IMG/VR virus record: IMGVR_UViG_3300006484_000990
Location: 1-35,713 of that record
DNA length: 35,713 bases
Reading direction: 5' to 3' (one strand)
From: a virus
Lineage: Duplodnaviria > Caudoviricetes
The notes under the pieces are model-generated. The model searched no databases, was not told where the DNA came from, and saw only the letters and a program-made list of their open reading frames with translations. This document shows, in pieces, positions 1-8,078 of this stretch. Position 1 is the first letter of the stretch, and each line of letters opens with the position of its first letter. The translations under genes and the position numbers were made by a program.

Positions 1-2
1 GG

Positions 3-92
3 ATTCCAGATTCAATAAGATTTATTAAAAATCCAGTTCCTGAAGTAAAAGCCTTGGCCGATCAATTAATAAAAAATAGGAATCAAAGATGA
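3..92 (+). CDS. 3' end of an upstream gene (partial): ...IPDSIRFIKNPVPEVKALADQLIKNRNQR*
   Basis: Frame 3 is open from the window edge to TGA at 90-92. The I-x-F-I-K-N-P-x-x-E-V peptide resembles short helical repeats common in large-phage proteins. Confidence 0.55.
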   Translation: MPDSIRFIKNPVPEVKALADQLIKNRNQR

Positions 93-148
93 AAAAACTA
101 TTAATAGTAGTCACTAGGCTGATCAGTTTCTCCCGGTAAGGCTAAGAA

Positions 149-934
149 ATGAGATCAAAAGAATTTATCAACGAGGACCGATCTGAATTACAGGCCAAGT
201 ATATGCAAGGTCAATGCATGATACTGGCCATTGCTATAAACCAGTATAACCCCCAGAGGTATCCAGTAGGGTATATATGGGAATACAGTGTAGAGGGAAT
301 ACCAGACGTGTCATTAGATGCTGATGAATGGGAAGAACTTAGTCCCGAAGAACAACAAGAAGTTGCTGATAACCCTGAACGCAGATCATTAACCCATGCA
401 TTTGTATACGATCAGATTACTAAAGAATACATAGATGCTCGAGGTAGGCATAAAGAGTTACCAAACTTGTGGGGCAAAGGTGTCACACGCTTTGAAAAAT
501 TCCCAGGCACCGCTAAAGATTTAATAGACATAACAGCAAACGGAGAATGGGATGCAGGTACTGAAGAAGTTCGTTTCACAAGGGGGCAATCTGCATTCAA
601 CACATTAGCCGGACCCGAAGGTATTAAGAAAGCACTTGACTATGCAATAAAATATTTAGAAGTAGTAGGCACAGAAAAAGTAAAACAACAACCGGCTCCA
701 ACTGCAACTCAATCTAACACTATTGAACCTTCTTCCATAGTTTCTGCAGTTAGAGATCAAAGAAAGATTATTAATTGGTTACGTCAAGAATCTGGAGTAT
801 TAACAATAGGATTTGATGATGCTGATTTGAAATACGATGGTATAACCATTGTACAAGGTGCTTTGATAAAGCCTAAACTAACAATGCAAGACTTATTGAA
901 CGCAGTTAATCAGGAAAAAACAAATAATGTTTAA
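149..934 (+). CDS. Probable internal head/virion protein with a T4-like capsid-targeting N-terminus and a possible Cys-His-Asp (papain/transglutaminase-like) domain
   Basis: N-terminus MRSKEFINE resembles the T4 internal-protein capsid-targeting sequence MKTYQEFIAE. Motifs GQCMILAIA, THAFVY and YIDARG occur in C-H-D order. Confidence 0.55.
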   Translation: MRSKEFINEDRSELQAKYMQGQCMILAIAINQYNPQRYPVGYIWEYSVEGIPDVSLDADEWEELSPEEQQEVADNPERRSLTHAFVYDQITKEYIDARGRHKELPNLWGKGVTRFEKFPGTAKDLIDITANGEWDAGTEEVRFTRGQSAFNTLAGPEGIKKALDYAIKYLEVVGTEKVKQQPAPTATQSNTIEPSSIVSAVRDQRKIINWLRQESGVLTIGFDDADLKYDGITIVQGALIKPKLTMQDLLNAVNQEKTNNV

Positions 935-1469
935 TTTTATAAAATATGTAGTAGAGGGCAAAGAAGTTAAACAACTTGAACAAGTGAAGTTATCCTATGC
1001 CCGCGATGCACTAGAACCTGTGAAAAGCGAAGATACAATGGATTATCATTATGGCAAGTTATATAGAACGTATGTAAATCGCTATAACAGCGGTGAAGGT
1101 GATCCAGACTTCAATGAAGCAGGTGCGTTCTTACATAGTATGTATTTTCCACAACTACAAGTCCCAGATGAAAACAATACCCCAATAGGTGCATCTAAAG
1201 AGTTCATCAATAAGCATTTTAAATCATTTGATAATTTTAAAGAAGAATTTACCAAAGTTGCCATGGCCATCCAGGGCAGTGGATGGGTTTATCTTGCTCG
1301 TAATGGTGAGATTAAAACTATCGTCAATCACCAAATTAAGAATGATATCATACTGCTGATAGATTGGTGGGAACACTCTTGGGCCCTGGACTACCAAGCT
1401 GATAAAAAGAGTTATTTAACTAACACATGGAAAATAATTAACTGGAACATTATAGACGCTCGTTTGTAA
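927..1469 (+). CDS. sod: Fe/Mn superoxide dismutase
   Basis: LSYARDALEP, TMDYHYGK, FLHSMYF, QGSGWVYL and DWWEHSWALDY (DxWEH motif). All four metal ligands (H, H, D, H) are recognisable. Confidence 0.92.
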   Translation: MFNFIKYVVEGKEVKQLEQVKLSYARDALEPVKSEDTMDYHYGKLYRTYVNRYNSGEGDPDFNEAGAFLHSMYFPQLQVPDENNTPIGASKEFINKHFKSFDNFKEEFTKVAMAIQGSGWVYLARNGEIKTIVNHQIKNDIILLIDWWEHSWALDYQADKKSYLTNTWKIINWNIIDARL

Positions 1470-1477
1470 AATAAACC

Positions 1478-1506
1478 TTGACACTTCTCCTTGTTGAGTA
1501 TATAAT
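1478..1506 (+). promoter_or_regulatory. Sigma70-type (early) promoter
   Basis: TTGACA (1478-1483), 17 nt spacer, TATAAT (1501-1506): perfect consensus. It is followed by an AAGGAG RBS and the ATG at 1527. Confidence 0.85.
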
Positions 1507-1526
1507 TACTTACAAGGAGATTTTTT

Positions 1527-1799
1527 ATGGGTAAAGCATTTGGAGCGCCTGAACAGGCCAAAATTAAACAAATCGTTGCAGAGGGCATGACCGTTATGCA
1601 AGAGATTCAAGACCTCACCGAAGGACTTAACGATACCATTAAAGCAGTAGCAGAAGAACTCGAAGTTAAGCCCGGTGTGATTAAAAAGGCCATCCGAATT
1701 GCACAAAAAGATCAATGGGATAGCGTATGGAAAGAGTTTGATGATCTAGAAACCATTGTAGATATTAGTGGACATTCACATCGTCGTACTGATGAATGA
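1527..1799 (+). CDS. Small dsDNA-binding protein, T4 DsbA/GapR-like family
   Basis: 90 aa helical protein with the pattern IKQIVAEG..VMQEIQDL.EGLNDTIKAVAEELEVKPGVIKKAIRIA typical of phage DsbA-like proteins. Strong RBS. Confidence 0.65.
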   Translation: MGKAFGAPEQAKIKQIVAEGMTVMQEIQDLTEGLNDTIKAVAEELEVKPGVIKKAIRIAQKDQWDSVWKEFDDLETIVDISGHSHRRTDE

Positions 1800-2085
1800 A
1801 CATTTAGTAAACATTATCAATTGGATACGAAATGATTATAAAACTTACCCTCTACGTTTTATCGTTGAAGTTACGGCTTGGGCTCTTAGTATCGGATGTT
1901 CGGTTACTATGGCGTTCACTGTTCCCAATCCGCCTCTTATTATACTGTATCCTATTTTTATTTGCCAGTGTATTATGTATGGATGGGCTTCTTTTTCTCG
2001 TCAATCTTTGGGAATGCTCGCAAACTACAGTTTGTTGGTCACTATAGATAGCATCGGCCTATTTAGGATGCTAAATAATTTATGA
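1792..2085 (+). CDS. Small membrane protein (about 3 hydrophobic segments)
   Basis: ATG at 1792 overlaps the end of the previous gene and is preferred over the GTG at 1768. Hydrophobic stretches FIVEVTAWALSIGCSVTMAF, LIILYPIFICQCIMYGWASF and LGMLANYSLLVTI. Confidence 0.7.
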   Translation: MNEHLVNIINWIRNDYKTYPLRFIVEVTAWALSIGCSVTMAFTVPNPPLIILYPIFICQCIMYGWASFSRQSLGMLANYSLLVTIDSIGLFRMLNNL

Positions 2086-2087
2086 GT

Positions 2088-2148
2088 AAGGTTGAATCAG
2101 CCATAATTGATTATAAGAAGGTTAGTGAGCCATTAAATCACGAGGAGG
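2088..2148 (+). promoter_or_regulatory. Tandem structured RNA motif (two units, 30-nt period) abutting the DNA polymerase RBS; putative translational operator
   Basis: AAGGTT-G-AATCA-GCCATAAT-TGATT (2088-2112) and AAGGTT-A-GTGA-GCCATTAAA-TCAC (2118-2141). The stems differ in sequence but both pair. GAGGAGG follows at 2142-2148. Confidence 0.55.
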
Positions 2149-2157
2149 AAAAATTAT

Positions 2158-4830
2158 ATGTCATATGTTGACGCATGGTGGGATCGCGACAAGGACGTTG
2201 TTAAAGTTGTTGAACGTGATCCAAAGAAAGGCAGAATCTATCAAGAATATCCTGCTAAGTATATCTTTTATTACCCTGATTCTAAGGGTAAGTACAAATC
2301 AATTCACAACGAAAATCTTAGTAAAGTAACTTGTAGAAATAACAAGGACTTTCAAAAAGAACTACGTATTCATGGTGAACGTAGGCTCTACGAAAGCGAT
2401 ATCAAACCAGCATTCCGCTGTTTAGAAGATCATTATCTTGGTATTGATCCACCAAAACTACACGTAGCGTTTTTTGACATTGAGGTAGACTTTGATCCGG
2501 AACGTGGCTACAGCACTCCCGAAGATGCCTTTATGCCAATTACAGCAATTGCTGTTCATCTACAATGGTTAGACACATTGGTATGTTTTGCTGTTCCTCC
2601 AAAGACATTAACAATGTTAGAGGCACAAGAACAAGTTAAAGACTTTCCCAATACTATTTTGTTTGAAACAGAAGCAGAAATGTTAGATGCATTTTTAAAT
2701 CTAATTGAAGATGCTGATGTATTAAGTGGATGGAATAGTGAAGGATTTGATATTCCTTACACTGTTAATCGTGTTACCAAAGTGCTAAGTAAAGAAGATA
2801 CACGTAGATTTTGTTTGTGGGATCAATTTCCAAAGAAAAGAGAATATGAGAAATATGGGAAACAGGCTGTTACTTATGATCTTATTGGTCGTGTTCATTT
2901 GGACAGTCTCGAACTGTACAGGAAATATACCTATGAAGAACGCCACACCTATAGACTTGATGCCATTGGAGAGATGGAGATAGGAGAAAGTAAGACAGTT
3001 TATGAAGGTACACTGGATCAACTATATAATAAAGACTTCCGTAAATTTATCGAATATAATAGACAAGATACCGCATTACTTGACAAATTAGATAAAAAAT
3101 TAAAATTTTTAGATCTTGCCAACACACTGGCACATGAATGTACAGTATTATTACAAACCACAATGGGTGCAGTTGCAGTAACTGAACAAGCAATTGTTAA
3201 TGAGGCACATCACAGAGGTCTAATTGTTCCCAGTCGTACCAAGCGTGATGAAGGAGAAACATATCAAGCGGCTGGTGCTTATGTAGCATATCCTAAAAAA
3301 GGATTACATGATTACATCGGAAGCATGGATATTAACAGTCTGTATCCAAGCGTAATTCGTGCATTGAATATGGGTCCAGAAACTATTGTTGGACAAATAC
3401 GTCAAACTAATACTGATGAATTTATTCACGAACAGATGACCCTACATAAAAAGACCTTTGCTGCTGCTTGGGAAGGTAAATTTGGTAGTAACGAATACGA
3501 TGCGGTAATGCGGCAGGATCGTGCATATGAACTTACTATAGATTGGGAAAACGGCGAACAAGATATTGTAAGTGCAGCAGAGGCTTATAGGTTAATTTAC
3601 GAAAGTAATAAACCCTGGATGCTCAGTGCTAATGGTACAATCTTTACCTATGAGCAAGAAGGTATTATTCCCGGCTTGTTGGCTCGTTGGTATAGTGAAC
3701 GTAAGGATATGCAGAAAAAACTTAAAGCGGCTATAGATGCCGGTAATAAGATTGAAGAAGAATATTGGGACAAGCGACAACTGGTTAAGAAAATTAATTT
3801 GAACAGTTTGTATGGTGCTATTCTTAATCCAGGTTGTAGATTCTTTGACAAGCGTATCGGACAAAGTACTACACTTACAGGTCGTGCTATTGCTTGTCAT
3901 ATGGCAGGTAAAGTCAATGAAGTCATCACAGGTGAAATTGATCACGTTGGTAAAAGTATTATCTATGGTGATACAGACAGTTGTTATTTTTCTGCCTATA
4001 ATACATTAAAAATTGATATACAAAAGAAACTCATTCCTTGGGATAAAGATATTGCTATCCAATTGTATAATACAATTGCAGACAATGTTAATGATACATT
4101 TCCACAATTTATGTTGGATGCTTTTCATTGTCCAAAGAGTCGTGGAGAGGTTATCAAAGCAGGACGTGAACTTGTTGCCATTAAGGGATTGTTCATTACC
4201 AAGAAGCGTTATGCTGTATTGTACTATGACAAGGATGGTAAAAGATACGATAGCGAGACTAAACCTGGCAAGATCAAAGCCATGGGTTTGGATTTAAAGC
4301 GTAGTGATACTCCTGAATTTATGCAAAAGTTTTTAGAAGAAGTTCTTACAAAAGTTCTAAATGGTAGTCAGGAAGAAGAGATACTTGATATGATTAATGA
4401 ATTTAGAACTGAGTTTAAAGCACGACCAGGATGGGAGAAGGGTAGTCCTAAACGTGCCAACAACATTGCTGAATATCAAGAAAAAGAACGTAAGGCAGGT
4501 AAAGCAAATATGCCTGGACATGTTCGTGCTAGTATCAACTGGAATACTCTTAAACGTATGAATGGTGACAAATACAGCACCAATATTGTTGATGGTATGA
4601 AAGTAATCGTTTGTAAGTTAAAAGATAATCCACTCGGCTATACCAGCGTGGCATATCCGGTTGATGAACTACGATTACCTAAATGGTTCCAGGACTTGCC
4701 ATTTGATCACGCTGATATGGAAACCGTTATTATCAATAACAAACTGGATAACCTTATAGGAGTTCTAGAATGGGATCTAGAATCTACTACTCAAACAAAC
4801 AATTTTGGTTCACTATTCAGTTTTGAATAA
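2158..4830 (+). CDS. polB: Family B DNA polymerase with 3'-5' exonuclease (T4 gp43-like)
   Basis: ExoI FDIEVD, ExoII GWNSEGFDIPY, ExoIII YNRQD. Polymerase motifs DINSLYPS, KINLNSLYG, YGDTDS and KKRY. GAGGAGG RBS. Confidence 0.97.
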   Translation: MSYVDAWWDRDKDVVKVVERDPKKGRIYQEYPAKYIFYYPDSKGKYKSIHNENLSKVTCRNNKDFQKELRIHGERRLYESDIKPAFRCLEDHYLGIDPPKLHVAFFDIEVDFDPERGYSTPEDAFMPITAIAVHLQWLDTLVCFAVPPKTLTMLEAQEQVKDFPNTILFETEAEMLDAFLNLIEDADVLSGWNSEGFDIPYTVNRVTKVLSKEDTRRFCLWDQFPKKREYEKYGKQAVTYDLIGRVHLDSLELYRKYTYEERHTYRLDAIGEMEIGESKTVYEGTLDQLYNKDFRKFIEYNRQDTALLDKLDKKLKFLDLANTLAHECTVLLQTTMGAVAVTEQAIVNEAHHRGLIVPSRTKRDEGETYQAAGAYVAYPKKGLHDYIGSMDINSLYPSVIRALNMGPETIVGQIRQTNTDEFIHEQMTLHKKTFAAAWEGKFGSNEYDAVMRQDRAYELTIDWENGEQDIVSAAEAYRLIYESNKPWMLSANGTIFTYEQEGIIPGLLARWYSERKDMQKKLKAAIDAGNKIEEEYWDKRQLVKKINLNSLYGAILNPGCRFFDKRIGQSTTLTGRAIACHMAGKVNEVITGEIDHVGKSIIYGDTDSCYFSAYNTLKIDIQKKLIPWDKDIAIQLYNTIADNVNDTFPQFMLDAFHCPKSRGEVIKAGRELVAIKGLFITKKRYAVLYYDKDGKRYDSETKPGKIKAMGLDLKRSDTPEFMQKFLEEVLTKVLNGSQEEEILDMINEFRTEFKARPGWEKGSPKRANNIAEYQEKERKAGKANMPGHVRASINWNTLKRMNGDKYSTNIVDGMKVIVCKLKDNPLGYTSVAYPVDELRLPKWFQDLPFDHADMETVIINNKLDNLIGVLEWDLESTTQTNNFGSLFSFE

Positions 4831-4838
4831 AATATTAC

Positions 4839-4867
4839 TTGACTTTCTCCCTAAATCTAAATAAACT
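4839..4867 (+). promoter_or_regulatory. Sigma70-type promoter with an overlapping TAAATA late-promoter-like core
   Basis: TTGACT (4839-4844), 17 nt, TAAACT (4862-4867). TAAATA at 4858-4863. AAAGGA RBS before the ATG at 4886. Confidence 0.55.
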
Positions 4868-4885
4868 AATACAAAGGAAATTATT

Positions 4886-5620
4886 ATGAAATCTATTCTA
4901 CAAGACATCGTTGCACATACAAACAAATTGGGCTTTCTAAATATTGTTAAAGTAACAGGCACAGATCAAAAAACTCTAATTGACAGTATGGCAGATGACC
5001 GTAGTGTTATCATGTATGCAGAAACTGCCAATCCACATCCCGATATGATTGGCACATATGGCATGCCACAACTTGAAAAACTACGCTATCTATTAGATGG
5101 TAAAGAATATCAAGACGATGCTAAAATTGAGGTAGTTACTGCTGTACGTAATGGCGAAACTATTCCAGTTGGTCTCCACTTTGAAAACAAAGACGGCGAC
5201 TTTAAAAATGACTATCGCTTTATGAATCAAGACATTATCAATGAAAAGTTGAAAACTGTCAAGTTCCGTGGTGTTAAATGGCATGTTGAAGTTGAGCCTA
5301 CTGTAAGTGCTATTCAACGTTTTCAGTTCCAAGCAGGTGCTAACACAGAACATACAACTTTCCTGGCCAAAACAGATGGTGGTAATTTGAAGTTTACATT
5401 TGGTGATGTTAGCAGTCACGGTGGTGAATTTATTTTTGCCACAGACGTTGTTGGTAATCTTACCAAAGGATGGACTTGGCCAGTGAATAGCGTATTAAAC
5501 ATTTTAAAAATTGCTGATGCTAACAATGCTAAAATTGGGTTCAGTGATGAAGGTGCTATGCAGATCACTTTAGATAGCGGCATTGCCACTTACAAATATA
5601 TTATTCCAGCACAGGCATGA
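4886..5620 (+). CDS. Probable DNA polymerase sliding clamp (gp45/PCNA-like)
   Basis: 244 aa, alternating beta/alpha pattern consistent with a two-domain clamp subunit, PCNA-like C-terminal strand (MQITLDSGIATYKYIIPAQ), directly downstream of PolB. The fold assignment is inference. Confidence 0.55.
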   Translation: MKSILQDIVAHTNKLGFLNIVKVTGTDQKTLIDSMADDRSVIMYAETANPHPDMIGTYGMPQLEKLRYLLDGKEYQDDAKIEVVTAVRNGETIPVGLHFENKDGDFKNDYRFMNQDIINEKLKTVKFRGVKWHVEVEPTVSAIQRFQFQAGANTEHTTFLAKTDGGNLKFTFGDVSSHGGEFIFATDVVGNLTKGWTWPVNSVLNILKIADANNAKIGFSDEGAMQITLDSGIATYKYIIPAQA

Positions 5621-5624
5621 TAAA

Positions 5625-7184
5625 ATGAAAAGTAATCCACCAGTTAATCTAACACAGTTCCAAAGAGACTATGCAGTCTATTTGCCAGCAATCAGCAGTT
5701 TCTACAGCACCTACGTTGCCAAACAACGACTAAGTGATTTTGTACCCAAGGATCGTATCCCTAAGGGATTTGATCGTGGTATCGAAGGTATGAACTTCTT
5801 AAACGAAGAGCAAGGATACTTTACTTACAATTATGGTCTATACTCTGCCGGTCATGCACAGTTAGATATAGAAAAAAGTTTGGTACAAGAAGTCATGATA
5901 CACGATCGTAATCATGCTAAAACTATGATCTTAGGTGACTCAGGTGGATATCAGATTGGTAAAGGCATTTTAAAGTTTGATTGGCAAGACTTTGAAGGTA
6001 AAGCAGCCAACAAAACTCGTGATTCTATTATTGCTTGGTTAGAATTAACTGCTGACTGGTCAATGATGTTGGATGTGCCTATTTGGGCCTGTGATAAGAA
6101 TAATCAAGCAAGAACCGGATTAACAAGTCCTGCTGATTGTTTACAAAAAACTCGTTTCAATAACGAATACTTTTTAAAGAATCGGTTAGATAAGACTAAG
6201 TGGTTAAATGTTTTACAAGGCAGTGATTGGCATAGCGCACAGTCTTGGTATGAAGGTGTTAAAGAATATAGTGACCCTGCTGTATGGGGAGATAAAGCAG
6301 CAGAGGGTTGGGCAATGGGTGGTGTCAATATGAGTAAGATGGACATTACTTTAAAGCGTTTGATGATCATGCGAGAGGAAGGCATGCTCACAGGCAAGAA
6401 CTGGATCCACTTCTTGGGTACAGCACAATTAGATTGGGCTTGCTATCTAACTTCAATTCAACGACAACTCAGGAAACATATTAATGAAGAAATTACCATA
6501 TCTTTTGACTGCGCCTCACCGTTTGTCGCAACAGCACATGGACTCGTTTACACAAACGCAATCCATACAGCAAAAAAGTTCAGTGTTGTTATGGAAAAAG
6601 CCCCAGACAATAAAGCACTTGCAGGAAGCGATATCCCATTCCCCTTTGAATCAGAGATCGGCCGCAGACTTGTAATGGGCGACATTTGTCATTATGCTCC
6701 TGGCATGTTGAACAAAATTAAAAAAGAAGGTAAAACTTCTTGGGATAGTTTTGCTTATTCATTGTATATGGCACATAATGTACAATGTCACATTGAAGCA
6801 GTGCAACGGGCTAATCATTATGCTGACATTGAAAGCGCAAGATTTAAACCAGACTGGCGTTCATGGAAAAAACTTAACTCTAAAGAACTTGCTAGTGACC
6901 AGTTTAGTGAATGGGTTCCGCGTAATGTATTGTATTTTGATCGCTTTGTTGAAGAGTTGTTTAATACTAAAACATTAACAGAGGCAATGGAGATGTTAGA
7001 GCATACAACTGCTAAAGCATTCTTGATTAGTATTGCCGGTGCTCGTAATACCACAAATGGACAGAATGATAATCTGTTTGGAGGTTTATTTGATGTAGAG
7101 GAAGTTACCCGTGCAGATGAAATTGATCTTTCAGATGCCAACGATGCTGCATTGCAGAAATTAAGTGACGAACTTGGAGAATAA
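5625..7184 (+). CDS. dpdA: DpdA / tRNA-guanine-transglycosylase-like DNA 7-deazaguanine transglycosylase
   Basis: TGT-family motifs in order: ILGDSGGYQ, MMLDVP, NVLQG, AMGG, IHFLG, SFDCASP (catalytic Asp) and HN. Clustered with QueE and a QueD-like gene. ATG at 5625 (519 aa) is preferred over the TTG at 5583. Confidence 0.85.
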   Translation: MKSNPPVNLTQFQRDYAVYLPAISSFYSTYVAKQRLSDFVPKDRIPKGFDRGIEGMNFLNEEQGYFTYNYGLYSAGHAQLDIEKSLVQEVMIHDRNHAKTMILGDSGGYQIGKGILKFDWQDFEGKAANKTRDSIIAWLELTADWSMMLDVPIWACDKNNQARTGLTSPADCLQKTRFNNEYFLKNRLDKTKWLNVLQGSDWHSAQSWYEGVKEYSDPAVWGDKAAEGWAMGGVNMSKMDITLKRLMIMREEGMLTGKNWIHFLGTAQLDWACYLTSIQRQLRKHINEEITISFDCASPFVATAHGLVYTNAIHTAKKFSVVMEKAPDNKALAGSDIPFPFESEIGRRLVMGDICHYAPGMLNKIKKEGKTSWDSFAYSLYMAHNVQCHIEAVQRANHYADIESARFKPDWRSWKKLNSKELASDQFSEWVPRNVLYFDRFVEELFNTKTLTEAMEMLEHTTAKAFLISIAGARNTTNGQNDNLFGGLFDVEEVTRADEIDLSDANDAALQKLSDELGE

Positions 7185-7185
7185 T

Positions 7186-7692
7186 ATGAATAGAGAAGGC
7201 CACAAAAACACAAATTTCTTCTACGGCATAGAAGTAGAACATACTCCTGCATACGGTAAGAAAACCTTATTTGTTGTAGGCGTACAAAGTGTAGATGATA
7301 TTGCTGCTAATCTAAACGGATGTGAGCATATCTATTTTGGTGCTAATCAAAGTTTCCCTAACATCAATATTAACGATGCAGTACGGTGGAAACAATGGGA
7401 AAATATGATCAAACACTTTCTTGATCGAGATTATCTATGTACATTGGACATAGATGTTCAATATGTTGAGGGTATGTTAGAAGGCGGGTTTACCGAGTAT
7501 CATAATTTTATTCCAATGATTTCGGTGAAACTGCCCTATTTACAACAACTAGGTTACAATGCTATAATTAAAATAGATGACAAAGATTTCAAGTCAACTA
7601 ATCCCGGTGTGTGGTGCCATAGCCTACATAATTTATTAACCCGTGAGACCTTTACAGACTGGTCTCAATATACTAAAGACAAAGTATTATAA
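7186..7692 (+). CDS. Hypothetical protein within the deazaguanine cluster
   Basis: ATG at 7186 just after the dpdA stop, with a GGAG RBS. Motif-like segments GIEVEHTP, TLFVVG, HIYFGANQSF and KIDDKDFKSTNPGVW. Its stop overlaps the next start. Confidence 0.8.
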   Translation: MNREGHKNTNFFYGIEVEHTPAYGKKTLFVVGVQSVDDIAANLNGCEHIYFGANQSFPNININDAVRWKQWENMIKHFLDRDYLCTLDIDVQYVEGMLEGGFTEYHNFIPMISVKLPYLQQLGYNAIIKIDDKDFKSTNPGVWCHSLHNLLTRETFTDWSQYTKDKVL

Positions 7693-8066
7693 TGAACAAA
7701 ACATATATTCGAGTACGCACAGAATTTGAAGGATTTCACTTCTATCCGGGAGCAGGCTTAATTAATTCCAAGATTGCTTTTTTGGAAAAAGAACATCGTC
7801 ATATGTTCAAAGTAGAAGTAAAGATTTCAGTTGATCACCTTGACAGAGAATTAGAATTTTTCTTAGTCAAGTGGGCACTACAAGATTTCATCAAGTCGGG
7901 CAATCAAAACCATAAGTCCTGCGAAATGATGGCAACAGATATTTTACAACAACATTTAATTCCCAACTACGGAAGCCAACGATACTATGAGATCACAGTT
8001 TCCGAAGATGGCGAATCAGATGGCATTGTAGAGTATGTTCCAACTTTTTCAACAACTTCCAATTAA
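7692..8066 (+). CDS. dpdL: QueD/6-pyruvoyl-tetrahydropterin-synthase-like T-fold protein, DpdL-type (LxxxHRHxF)
   Basis: FEGFH, LEKEHRHMF (HxH metal site, lacking the CxxxHGH cysteine of canonical QueD), SCEMMA and VSEDGE. 124 aa fits a T-fold subunit. The DpdL signature is recalled from the literature, not checked. Confidence 0.7.
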   Translation: MNKTYIRVRTEFEGFHFYPGAGLINSKIAFLEKEHRHMFKVEVKISVDHLDRELEFFLVKWALQDFIKSGNQNHKSCEMMATDILQQHLIPNYGSQRYYEITVSEDGESDGIVEYVPTFSTTSN

Positions 8067-8078
8067 GGAAAACTCAAA

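Noticed and set aside
2088-2141. Calling the polB leader a preQ1-I riboswitch
   Set aside because: The topology is a small pseudoknot, but the 5-bp P1 and long A-rich 3' tail of preQ1-I are not present. Kept only as an unassigned motif.
2158-4830. Intein or intron in the DNA polymerase
   Set aside because: The ORF is continuous at an ordinary 890 aa with no intein splice or LAGLIDADG motifs. The segment between motifs A and B looks like an ordinary insertion.
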